From Neoechinorhynchus agilis (Eukaryota; Animalia; Acanthocephala): DNA of 20,141 nucleotides. Under the pieces are notes generated by a model that worked only from the letters and a program-made list of their open reading frames with translations, did not search any database and had not been told where the DNA came from. The stretch covers positions 1 to 20,141 of the forward strand of contig JBMGUZ010000052.1 of the NCBI GenBank assembly GCA_051530055.1, written 5' to 3'. Position 1 is the first letter of the stretch. The number at the start of each line of letters is the position of its first letter. Positions 9,503 to 18,789 of the stretch are shown here, one piece after another. A program made the position numbers and the translations under genes.

Positions 9503-10394
9503 ATGTATGCGTAGTTGAACAGTGTGAGAAAATAAAACATCTTCTTAAATGGATTGATGAAGTTTTTAAGACAATTAAAAGACTTTTTCAATGAATAGGA
9601 ATTAATTTAGGAATTTTAACGCTATTGGTGGGATTAGGTCAACAAATAACTCTGGTTAATCATATTCGTCCTTCTTGGTCTGGGAGAGCTCAATGAAAAA
9701 TGTACAATCAGTATTCTATAATTGAAACATTATCAAAATATGCGAAAATTTATTATTATGCGATCTTTGATTTTATTTGATTAGATACCAATATTCTGCA
9801 GGTAGCCACTATTAGTTCGCTAGCGGCGCGTGCGGAATCTTTCTAACTCAATGGAGCCCCCATATTTTCGTTTCCTCTGTTATATGGAACGCAATTATTT
9901 TGTAGGTCCATCAATCTATCCTGCAAAAATTATGAAGTTTCATTTTCATCGTTGAAACCTAGGGATTTAACGGACTAGTGCAAAGGAAAAGGTAATCCGT
10001 TGGAGAATGCAGATTAGCGAAAGCTATGAACGTGCTACGTTATCAAAATTCAAATTGCTAATGTTTACATTCAATAAAATGCAATAAAGTTTAGAATCGA
10101 TAAATTTTGATTACAGTGCAGAACTCATGTTTTGGATAGGAATTGAGGATTCGCGATTTAAATAATGACGAAAAGGAAATTTCACGCATTCAGATTTCGC
10201 AATTCAAAAATACATGGATTGGGTTGCAAACAAAAAAGACTTGAACTATTTATTGGTCTTCTAAATAACGCAAATTTAATTCGTAATCTTGTAATTATTT
10301 TTTTATTTTCATTAGCAAACCTGTTTGTTATTTGGATGACTACTGAGCATCAATCTAAGCCTTAGGATCTGAAGTATTCACAATTCAAAATACA

Positions 10395-12632
10395 ATGAAT
10401 GAATCTGGATATCAAGGAACATTTACACTAAAGATCTCAGAGTTCTTCGAAAACGAAAGCGTATTACCCAAATGGAAGTTCAATTTTGCTCAAAAAGCCG
10501 TTGCCAGCACCATAAAGATCATCAACATTACATTCCTCGTCCTCTTAATCTTCTTCAGCAATTTATGGATATTTAAATCCACCAGCGAAAAAATAGATTT
10601 CGCCATTCGGATTCGCTCAAACGAAGATGCATTTAAGTTTATTGACAATATTCAAAGCCAAAAAGGAACAACTTTGTGTTGGCTTGGGCGAATCGACGTC
10701 TTGAGCGAATTCTACAGTATCCAATTGAACAAAATCACCCTATCAATATTCATCGTCTCAATTATCTGGACGTTTTTACTCGCAATTCGTAAGCGAAGAT
10801 GTCAAACAAAAGAGTCGGTTCTTTTCAATCCATTCAGCAAAACAAATAGACTTGAATCAGCTTGCGTATATGGAATCCTGGCAATAGAAATCCTGCACTC
10901 CTTTGAGAAGATTTTGATCGTGACAACAAGAACGCCACAAAGCGGTCCATTACTGGATCTTTTTCGACAAATAGGAATCGTTATTCTGATTGGAACAAGA
11001 TATTTGCCGATTATTATGACATTGGAACTAAATCCAAATGATGTCGTGTGTTCCGGTTCATCGGCTTTGTTCATGTGGACGGAAATGTTCTTTCAAACAG
11101 CACGAGATGCTCAATGTGGTCCCACGGAGCAATCAATAATCCAAATTAAGAAACGAATAGCCGCAATTTCTTCAAACGTGACGCTTAGTCCAGAAAACGT
11201 TAATGGGTTATTTGGCGATTCCGTTCCTCTATCATCAAGTGCCGTAAAGTTCAGAATTCTCAGACAACTTCCTTATTACATATTCGCGTCCCTGCTCGCA
11301 AAAAATCTCTCAACACTCTTCGTGTTCAATATTCTCAGGCTTCGAAGAACCCAGCTATCGCAAATAAGCAATTTTACATTTGTGAAATGGTTTGTGAAAC
11401 GAAACAATGAAGAAAATGAGATAAATTACGTTCAGTGCCTGTTCAAAAAGAAAGATCGCAATAGGAAACAATCTGGGTTTAAGTTCTCAAAGCAGATAAT
11501 TAACCTATGGGCCATTGGATTCGCTTCAATCCACTACTTTACATTCTGGACCATTCAGAATGTAGAAATGCTGACGGATGGAATTTTTCATTTTGTGCAT
11601 TCCTTGATGCTTCCTCTGGTTAATTTTCTTAGTTTTGAGGCCAAGGCAAGAAAGGAAAGTCTTATGGATGAAGTTGTCCGAATTAAACTTCACCGGGATT
11701 TCCGAATTCTGGCAATAATTTGCAGTATTGCTTGTACCATTCAATCGATAGAAGCGATGAGAAGTTATAAAAGACACATGATATCCGCTTTTAAAGGACG
11801 TTTTGAGGAAATCCCAAAACGAAAGCGGTCCGTAAACGCCAACACAATCATAAAAGCTGTTCATTTTCCCGGTTTCATGATTGGATACTTGATATGGGGA
11901 TATTTGATCCTCGTGATGAGTGCGTTTATCCTTTGGCTTCTTATCAGAAGTCTCATCGAGGCACCGATTCCGATCGAAATTGTTCTAAGATGGATCCTTC
12001 CAGTGCTGATCCTCTTCATTCTGAAACTGGTACTCGTTAAACTAATGAGTCGATCAATATTCACAACCAACGAAAATGGAAATCCGTCAATCGAGAACAT
12101 ACAACTCCTTTATGCGTTCAATTTCTTCAATTTCTTCTTTGATTGTTTCATTGGGATGGTTGTTTGTGTTTGGAGAGTCGCTCAGACTACCATTGCGGCT
12201 CTCGTGTTCATGACGAGAATTGATCGAAGTTCGCTAGGACGCGGCCTTGAATGCTACGATAAAGGATTTGCGGCTTATGCCAGTTGGATTCATCTTGAAT
12301 CTCAGCAAACGAATCCGGTGATGCTGGTCTTCTGCCAAATCGTCTCCGGCAAAATCAAAGAACGGCGTTCAATGAGGAACTTTTCTAATGAAAAACTCGC
12401 TCCAAAGCATGGAGCAAATACAAAACTCATTGTCGAGCAAGCAATGGAAAATGTTTCAAGGCGACGACGAGCTCAATTCAGATTTTGTTTGTTGAAAACA
12501 TTAACAAATAATCCTTGGATGGCGCAGTTGAGGAAGCAAAGAAGTCTTGGGGCTCCATCAATATACAAAGAAGATTACAGTCTTCTTTATCAATCAACCA
12601 GTGATAGTGCTGAAATATCAAATTGTAGTTAG
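10395..12632 (+). CDS. STRA6L: STRA6 / STRA6-like (RBPR2) family multipass membrane protein, intronless, 745 aa
   Basis: Single 745-aa ORF with many hydrophobic segments. Family-like motifs: HFPGFMIGYLIWGY, DRSSLGRGLECYDKGFAAYASWIHLESQQTNPVMLVFC (cf. STRA6 DPGY..Y...L..E...SHP.M..FC), and a C-terminal RRRAQFRFCLLKTLTNNPWMAQLRK helix (cf. STRA6 [23 protein letters not shown]). Confidence 0.85.
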   Translation: MNESGYQGTFTLKISEFFENESVLPKWKFNFAQKAVASTIKIINITFLVLLIFFSNLWIFKSTSEKIDFAIRIRSNEDAFKFIDNIQSQKGTTLCWLGRIDVLSEFYSIQLNKITLSIFIVSIIWTFLLAIRKRRCQTKESVLFNPFSKTNRLESACVYGILAIEILHSFEKILIVTTRTPQSGPLLDLFRQIGIVILIGTRYLPIIMTLELNPNDVVCSGSSALFMWTEMFFQTARDAQCGPTEQSIIQIKKRIAAISSNVTLSPENVNGLFGDSVPLSSSAVKFRILRQLPYYIFASLLAKNLSTLFVFNILRLRRTQLSQISNFTFVKWFVKRNNEENEINYVQCLFKKKDRNRKQSGFKFSKQIINLWAIGFASIHYFTFWTIQNVEMLTDGIFHFVHSLMLPLVNFLSFEAKARKESLMDEVVRIKLHRDFRILAIICSIACTIQSIEAMRSYKRHMISAFKGRFEEIPKRKRSVNANTIIKAVHFPGFMIGYLIWGYLILVMSAFILWLLIRSLIEAPIPIEIVLRWILPVLILFILKLVLVKLMSRSIFTTNENGNPSIENIQLLYAFNFFNFFFDCFIGMVVCVWRVAQTTIAALVFMTRIDRSSLGRGLECYDKGFAAYASWIHLESQQTNPVMLVFCQIVSGKIKERRSMRNFSNEKLAPKHGANTKLIVEQAMENVSRRRRAQFRFCLLKTLTNNPWMAQLRKQRSLGAPSIYKEDYSLLYQSTSDSAEISNCS

Positions 12633-12963
12633 ATTTATTTATGCCAATTATTATATCCATTAGTTTAGTATATAATATATTTATCAGTTTATTTTTGAAT
12701 CGGTTAAATTGTTTTCGAATTTGTGTTATCTTTTTAAGTAAAACTTCAAGGATAGGTCTCTGTCTCCGATCGGTCCTCATCTCATGGCGCCCATGTTGTT
12801 TTAATCCATTAATAATTTGGTCACAAAAAGGAGTAACTTATTTGTTTCGAGTAAAGAAATGCTATATAAAAATTACGATGGGAAAAATCCAGCAAATATT
12901 ATCAAAAAGAGAACTCTAAAACTTCATTTAATTACTTATAAAACTAAAATCGCACTCTCGCAA

Positions 12964-13036
12964 GCCCGCGTGGCCTAATGGTTAAGGCGTCGGTCTCCTA
13001 AACCGAAGATTCTGGGTTCAAGTCCCAGCGCGGGTG
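12964..13036 (+). tRNA. trnR: tRNA-Arg, anticodon CCT
   Basis: Cloverleaf: acceptor GCCCGCG/CGCGGGT, D-arm GCCT-AATGGTTA-AGGC, anticodon stem TCGGT/ACCGA with loop CT-CCT-AA, T-arm CTGGG-TTCAAGT-CCCAG; 73 nt, no intron. Confidence 0.95.
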
Positions 13037-13260
13037 TCGGCGGATGCTCTCCGTTTCAGAGAAAACACTTCCATTTCGTCGCTGAGCGGAAAACATTTAT
13101 TTTCCCATTGAACAAAATTCTCCAGGGTCTCCTTTTGTTGGGTTCAAGTCCCAGCGAGCTGTTGGCTGGTATTTGTCTATCAAAAAACACGTTTATTTTG
13201 TCATTAAACGAAAAATATTTATTTCCCCGTTGAACCAAATCCTCCTGAACCTCTTTTCGT
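13013..13260. repeat. Diverged 126-bp-period tandem duplication joining the tRNA T-arm, spacer and dUTPase 3' end
   Basis: tgggttcaagtcccagcg occurs at 13013 and 13139. atttattttcccattgaacaaaattctccagg (~13095) parallels atttatttccccgttgaaccaaatcctcctga (~13217, dUTPase stop region). Confidence 0.7.
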
Positions 13261-13662
13261 CGAGTCTAACTCATAAACTTGAATAGGATCAAATATTCCA
13301 ATCTTTTCTATAATGAGCTGGGCGATTCGGTCTTTTATTCTGACTTTGAAATCTTCTTTACCAAAATTGAACAATAGGACACCGAGTTCCCCTCTATAGT
13401 CAGAATCTACGACGCCGGCACCTACGTCGATTCCGAATTTAAGAGCAAGTCCTGAACGCGGTGCCAAACGGCCGTAGTAGCCGTCCGGAATGCAGACAAC
13501 GAGATCCGTTTTTATTAAAAGACGCCCACCGACTTCAATTGTCGCATCTTCAGCTGAGTAAATATCCAAACCCGCAGAATCGGGACTACCTCGAGTTGGA
13601 AGAGTCGCATTGTCTGATTTTAGGAAAAATCCAAGTCCACGATCATTAGCCTTGTGATTCAT
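13219..13662 (-). CDS. DUT: Trimeric dUTP pyrophosphatase (dUTPase), intronless, 147 aa
   Basis: All five dUTPase motifs are present: AGLDI, GRLAPRSG, GVVDSDYRGE, DRIAQLI, RGSGGFGSTG. Confidence 0.95.
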   Translation of the reverse strand: MNHKANDRGLGFFLKSDNATLPTRGSPDSAGLDIYSAEDATIEVGGRLLIKTDLVVCIPDGYYGRLAPRSGLALKFGIDVGAGVVDSDYRGELGVLLFNFGKEDFKVRIKDRIAQLIIEKIGIFDPIQVYELDSTKRGSGGFGSTGK

Positions 13663-14129
13663 CCAAATTCAGCTCTTAAACGCGATCATTTCCAAAAATC
13701 AATCGTTAATCTTCAAGCGCGCGGTATTTTCGATGTAATAAATCATAAAAATGGTTTAAAATTGTCGAATTTTATCAATATAATCACTCATCGATTCAGT
13801 TCTTATTCGGCGATCTTGAGACGCTACTCTGAGCGGCGATATACCTTTAACGGTAGCATTCTCATCAATAGCATCGAAAATTTATTCAGAACGATCTAAA
13901 ATTTTTGTTTCTTCAATTCCAAACATCTACCAATCGCCAAAATGTACATTTTTTTAAGCTATAAAACTTTTCTGAAATCTATCGCAGTAAAGAATATTTT
14001 CTTCTAAGAAAAATTCATCTTTAGCATCAACTTTTTAGCACAGAACTAATTTTAAAAGTTTATTTTCATATATTTCGAAAAATTAAAAAGAAATGAAAAT
14101 GGATAATTATATTCGATTCATTTTCTATT

Positions 14130-16207
14130 GCACAAAAGCCCTCGGAAGTGCTTCGCTTAAAATAGTTGATATTTTCATCGAGGGCTCCATTGGCAATTTG
14201 GTTACACATCTTTTCATCGGCGCCTCTTTGTGTGTTTTGTCCAAGAAAAATGGTGGGATTCGTCCCATCGCCATTGGCTGCACTTTGCGTAGGTTAGCCG
14301 CGAAAGTTTTATGCAGGAGAATCTCCGATGAAACGGGAGAATTTTTAGGATTCTGTCAGTTAGGTTGCTGCACTCCTTGTGGAGTTGAAGCGGTCGTGCA
14401 TGCTCTGCGAAAATTTATCCCCCAAAGAACAAAGAAAACAGCAATTCTGAAAGTAGATTTTAAAAATACTTTCAATACTTTGAAAAGGGAAACAATGTTA
14501 AAAGCGATTGAGGATGTCGTCCCAAAGGCTTACCCCTATTTCTGGAGAGCAAATGCTAAACATACGCCACTGCTGTACAACGACAAAATAATTTGGTTGC
14601 AGAGTGGTGTACAACAGGGAGATCCACTCGGCCCCATAGGCTTCTCCGTCGCAGTAAATGATCTTGCCCATTCAATGTTTTCTCCTTTCAACGCTTGGTA
14701 CTTGGACGATGGCACACTCGGTGGCGATCCAAGTGTTGTTTTGAGCGGCCTTCAAAGGATCGTGAATGAAGCTGACCGCTTGGGGATAGAAATAAATCCC
14801 CAAAAATGCGAACTTCTCATCCTGAACGCAACTGAAAACGAGCGCTCTCAAATCTCTAGCGATTTTGAATCAGTTGCTCCTGGTCTAGGTTTGATCACCC
14901 TTGACCAGCTCACACTCCTCGGGAGCTGGGTTCTTGCTGAGAATGTTGCGAAGGACCTGCGCGCACAAATCCCGAAAATGGAATTGCTCTGCGGCCGAAC
15001 TTCTGAGCTTTCGGCACATTAGGGTCTCTTCTTGATCAAGAATTGCCTCTATATGCCAAAATTGCTTCATAAGAGCAGCTCCATGTTTCGGAGAAGACAA
15101 ATTGTTAGGAGAGCTCGACGGGGTAATTCGTAAGCAGCTGGAACATATATTGAATGTCAAATTTTCTGACACAGGTTGGCGACAGGCTACTTTTCCCACG
15201 ACTTATGGTGGTTTGGAAGTTCGCACCACTTCAGACGTCGCTTTACCTGCCTTTCTCTCCTCTTGCCGGGCAAGTAAAGTCTATGTCGATGCCACTTTAG
15301 GCATACCAGTGAAGGATTTGATCTTTGCCACGGGATTATCTCAATGGCATCAATTGACAGGCATCAACCAGCTCCCCGCAAATGAATGCAAACAGTCGTC
15401 TTGGGACATTCCTCTTGTTTAGAAGATTCACAACTCTTTCAAAGATCTTCTGGATGAGGTGTCTCAGGTCCGGCTGTTAGCCTGTTCCACGAAGGAGTCG
15501 GGAGCGTGGTTGAATGCTCTCCCTGTAGGGAAACTTGGAACTCTCCTTGCTGACTCAGTCGTCAGGATCGCCGTATCCTTGAGATTAGGCCTGCCGATTT
15601 GCACCCCGCATCGCTGCCGCTGAGGCACTATAGTGGACTCTTCGGGGAGACACGGTCTCATATGCAAGACGTCAGCTATTTCCAAGGCATGCTGAAATCA
15701 ATGCCATTCTGAGAAGGACTCTAAAAACGCTTTCCCTCCCAAACATTCTAGAACCCACTAATCTTTGTAGATTAGATGATGGCGTGACCGTCTTTCCTTA
15801 TCGGGAGGGAAAATGTTTGTTGTGGGATGCAACTCGTGTGGACACGTTGGCAAACTCCAACATCAGCCACTCGAAAAAAGGTCCAGGAGGAGAGGCGACG
15901 GCTGCAGAGGATCAGAAATGCTCAAAATACAGGGAGCTAATCCGAAATTACCATTTTGTCCCCTTCGGTGTGGAAACGTACCTTGGGAGGGTCGGCACTA
16001 GCCCTCCTCGTGAAGGACTTGGGGAAACGAATTCACGCGGCGACTGGAGAGCCAAGATCGACGTCGTTCTTGACGCAAAAAATAAGCATTGCGGTGCAGC
16101 GGGGCATTGCGGCTAGCATTTTGGTCAGCGCCGATGAATAGGAGCGGAGAGGTTGTAAACAATGCATAGATAAATTGTATACAACTAAATTTATGATAGA
16201 AAAAAAA
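14130..16207 (+). mobile_element. 5'-truncated, decayed non-LTR retrotransposon, CRE-like clade (RT, CCHC knuckle, restriction-like endonuclease)
   Basis: RT motifs GGIRPIAIG, KVDFKNTFN, GVQQGDPLGP, WYLDDG (14699-14710), GIEINPQKC. Downstream GGL, SGAWL, LRLG, C-x-[stop]-...H...C knuckle (TGA at 15621), FPRHAEIN, LLWDAT, K.SKY, FVPFGVET and SIAVQRG follow the CRE-type layout. Stops at 15020, 15420 and 15621, several frameshifts, and an A-run at 16200-16207. The 5' boundary is approximate. Confidence 0.85.
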
Positions 16208-16382
16208 TATTTCTTTTATTTTTACAAGAGGTAATTTTTTTATGTTAACACAATCACTTGGAATTTGCTTTTCGATTTCTATGAATTAATTTTAATGCAT
16301 GTTTTTTTTATTAAGACACCCAAATTTCACTAATTATAAAACGAGCACATTTATTTCTTAAGCTTAAAACTAACCAAAGCGT

Positions 16383-16907
16383 TCAATTGAGACCAGTACA
16401 CACCACCATTCCAGTTTCGTCAAACTTTCCAGTCAGTTGTTTGTTTGCAATGAGTTCTTCTATGAGGCTTTTTGTTTCCTCTACGGACGTCTGCATTGCG
16501 TTGGCGACGATTTCAATTGACACTTTGTGATGTATTCTAAAGTATCTTTCCAAAAAAACTCTTTTTGCATTGTCCACGAAATCTTTCAGTTTTGGTTCCA
16601 GCGTTTCGTCCGACTTTATGAATTCGACTGATTCTGCTAAATATTTACCAGCTTCTTTAAAATCGAATTGAACAAATATACAAATGAAAAAATGATGGAT
16701 GGGATCGTTTCTAAATGCGATCCTTCGTTGCTGATGGTGATAAAAGTCTGCTATCGTGTTGATAAGATCAAAATTCTGACCACATTGAATCATTGCATCG
16801 ATTGCGTATTCGACAGTCATTTTTGGACAGAACTGATAGTGATTGAGAGTAAAAGTTTGAACCGAGAGTTGACTTATATACTGGGTTTCGTTAGTCTTCG
16901 CAGCCAA
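16383..16907 (-). CDS. Divergent truncated eIF3e/Int6-like PCI-domain protein, left-arm copy (first ATG at 16820, 145 aa)
   Basis: DPIHHFFICIFVQFDFKEAGKYLAES...DFVDNAKRVFLERYFRIHHKVSI..VAN aligns with eIF3e [23 protein letters not shown]...[27 protein letters not shown]. Intronless. AATAAA (minus strand) 28 nt past the stop, 16350-16355. The ORF-track start is TTG. Confidence 0.72.
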   Translation of the reverse strand: MAAKTNETQYISQLSVQTFTLNHYQFCPKMTVEYAIDAMIQCGQNFDLINTIADFYHHQQRRIAFRNDPIHHFFICIFVQFDFKEAGKYLAESVEFIKSDETLEPKLKDFVDNAKRVFLERYFRIHHKVSIEIVANAMQTSVEETKSLIEELIANKQLTGKFDETGMVVCTGLN

Positions 16908-17076
16908 TCAGAGTTCAGGATTTCCCTTGTTGGGTTGCACATTGCCAAAAACCGGAAATTCCCACCAATACCCGCAGCGATGCCATGCCTGCAAATTCAA
17001 AAATTCGCTGCGGGTATTGGTGGGAATTTCCGGTTTTTGGCAATGTGCACCCAACAAGGGAAATCCTGAACTCTGA

Positions 17077-17601
17077 TTGGCTGCGAAGACTAACGAAACC
17101 CAGTATATAAGTCAACTCTCGGTTCAAACTTTTACTCTCAATCACTATCAGTTCTGTCCAAAAATGACTGTCGAATACGCAATCGATGCAATGATTCAAT
17201 GTGGTCAGAATTTTGATCTTATCAACACGATAGCAGACTTTTATCACCACAAGCAACGAAGGATCGCATCCAATAACGATCCCATCCATCATTTCTTTAT
17301 TTGTATATTCGTTCAATTCGATTTTAAAGAAGCTGGTAAATATTTAGCAGAATCTGTCGAATTCATAAAGTCGGACGAAACGCTGGAACCAAAACTCAAA
17401 GATTTCGTGGACAATGCAAAAAGAGTATTTTTGGAAAGATACTTTAGAATACATCACAAAGTGTCAATTGAAATCGTCGCTAACGCAATGCAGACGTCCG
17501 TAGAGGAAACAAAAAGTCTCATAGAAGAACTCATTGCAAACAAACAACTGACTGGAAAGTTTGACGAAACTAGAATGGTGGTGTGTACTGGTCTCAATTG
17601 A
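17077..17601 (+). CDS. Divergent truncated eIF3e/Int6-like PCI-domain protein, right-arm copy (first ATG at 17164, 145 aa)
   Basis: Mirror of 16383-16907 with four amino-acid differences (Q/K, F/S, R/N, G/R). AATAAA at 17629-17634. Confidence 0.72.
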   Translation: MAAKTNETQYISQLSVQTFTLNHYQFCPKMTVEYAIDAMIQCGQNFDLINTIADFYHHKQRRIASNNDPIHHFFICIFVQFDFKEAGKYLAESVEFIKSDETLEPKLKDFVDNAKRVFLERYFRIHHKVSIEIVANAMQTSVEETKSLIEELIANKQLTGKFDETRMVVCTGLN

Positions 17602-17667
17602 ACGCTTTGGTTAATTTTAAGCTTAAGAAATAAATGTGCCTCGTTTTATGATTAGTGGAATTCGGGT

Positions 17668-17855
17668 GCCGTCCGGAATGCAGACAACGATATCCGCTTT
17701 TATTTAAAGACGCCCACCGGCTTCAATTGTCGCATCTTCAGCTGAGTAAATATCCAAACCCACAGAATCGCGACTACCTCGAGTTGGAGGAGTCGCATTG
17801 TCTGATTTTAGGAAATATCCAAGTCCACGATCATTAGCCTTGTGATTCATCCAAA
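17668..17855 (-). pseudogene. dUTPase pseudogene fragment (N-terminal ~61 codons)
   Basis: Copy of 13480-13667 with 8 substitutions in the coding part, including TTA>TAA at 17704-17706. Its 3' part is missing where it abuts the palindrome arm. Confidence 0.92.
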
Positions 17856-17944
17856 ATCACATACATAAGATTCATTCGAAGGAAGACATTGGATAATTAA
17901 CCGACATAATTTATGTGTAGGAATAATTATAATTCGAAAGTAAT

Positions 17945-18580
17945 AAAGTTATATCACCGCTGTCCGTTTAAGCGCTTCTTTCCAGGAGTAAGGGAGTTTG
18001 CTCAATCTCTTGAAAAGTGCTAATGTACTTTAATCGTTATTCGGGGGTCATCCTATAGAGTAAAAAACTAGGCCCGAGATTGCTCAAGAGTTCCAAATGT
18101 TTCTGGTATCATGAGAGCCGAGTCCAAGTTAAAATGCTCTTCTGGATTTAAGCTTAGCGACAGGTAAGAGTTTTTTGAATTTGCGGAGGTCGTAGGGTGT
18201 ATCCCAAGATTGTGATCTTATTAGAAACTGACGACGAGGTCAGATTAAGAAATTGTTTATAAAATTCGCGAGCACGTTGTTTATCAAAAATCGACTAAGG
18301 TTTTGAAATAAATTTCGTCCTTAAAGGGTTGAGTGACAGACCCATCTGAAAGAGAATAGAATTAAGACATGACAGTAAATCTGAGAGTTTCTTTATAGCT
18401 GCCAGGTAGTTCGTTTCCTTGATCACCGCATTGAAATCGTCTGCATATAGGGTCAATTCATTGCAGACTGCCGTTCTTAAGCAGAAACTGGGAAGCCAAT
18501 CAGAAGAGGATGAGTGAGAGTGGGGACACTTGCGGAACTCCTTTTGTTTGATGATAAATCTTGTGAGATGTGTCATCTTG
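17945..18580 (-). mobile_element. Decayed LINE-type reverse transcriptase fragment (distinct from the CRE element)
   Basis: GVPQ-SPLSLILF (~18500-18541, frameshifted), LYADD (18436-18447), GLSLNPLRTKFI, then ITILGYTL. Multiple stops and frameshifts. Confidence 0.8.
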
Positions 18581-18789
18581 ATAAAAAAATTGCTTAGACT
18601 TCATAGTGTTGTGCACTCGTGCAACTAGTTTATTAGGGAAGTGAAAATAACGAAGGATCTATATTATAAAAGCGATATCAATATTATCAAAAGCCTTAGA
18701 GATATCGAAGGAAATTAAAATGTTCATTGACTTCTGATTCGAATTAAAATTAGTGATAATTTCAGACAAAGCCGTCTGAACGGATTTAT

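Larger units (their letters stand above)
16315..17670. repeat. 1.36-kb palindrome: 666-bp inverted arms (16315-16980 and 17005-17670) with a 24-bp spacer
   Basis: Arm-to-arm alignment by eye: about 15 substitutions in the coding part, a few substitutions in the outer flank, and one 1-bp indel each near the centre and in the outer flank. Spacer tgccatgcctgcaaattcaaaaat. Confidence 0.97.

Noticed and set aside
10165-10365. 66-aa ORF upstream of STRA6-like as a separate gene or first exon
   Set aside because: Low-complexity AT-rich translation, ends in a stop 30 nt before the STRA6-like ATG, and no convincing splice link.
9503-10394. GGCX-STRA6L operon or vitamin-handling cluster
   Set aside because: The ~890-bp gap and a poly(A) signal after GGCX give no direct support for co-transcription.
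10802-12100. Minus-strand ORFs inside the STRA6-like gene (also those inside dUTPase and the CRE element)
   Set aside because: Antisense or alternate-frame shadows of well-supported coding regions.
13663-13926. Gag-like peptide (ESMSDYIDKIRQF) in frame upstream of dUTPase, suggesting a retroviral gag-dut fusion
   Set aside because: Four stops in 88 codons is near chance for this composition, no LTR, protease or integrase is present, and the dUTPase looks cellular-type.
16668-17316. Antisense ORFs 16668-17069 (+) and 16915-17316 (-)
   Set aside because: Shadow frames of the PCI genes. The 1-bp indel near the centre changes their C-termini, and arm differences are synonymous in the PCI frame rather than in these.
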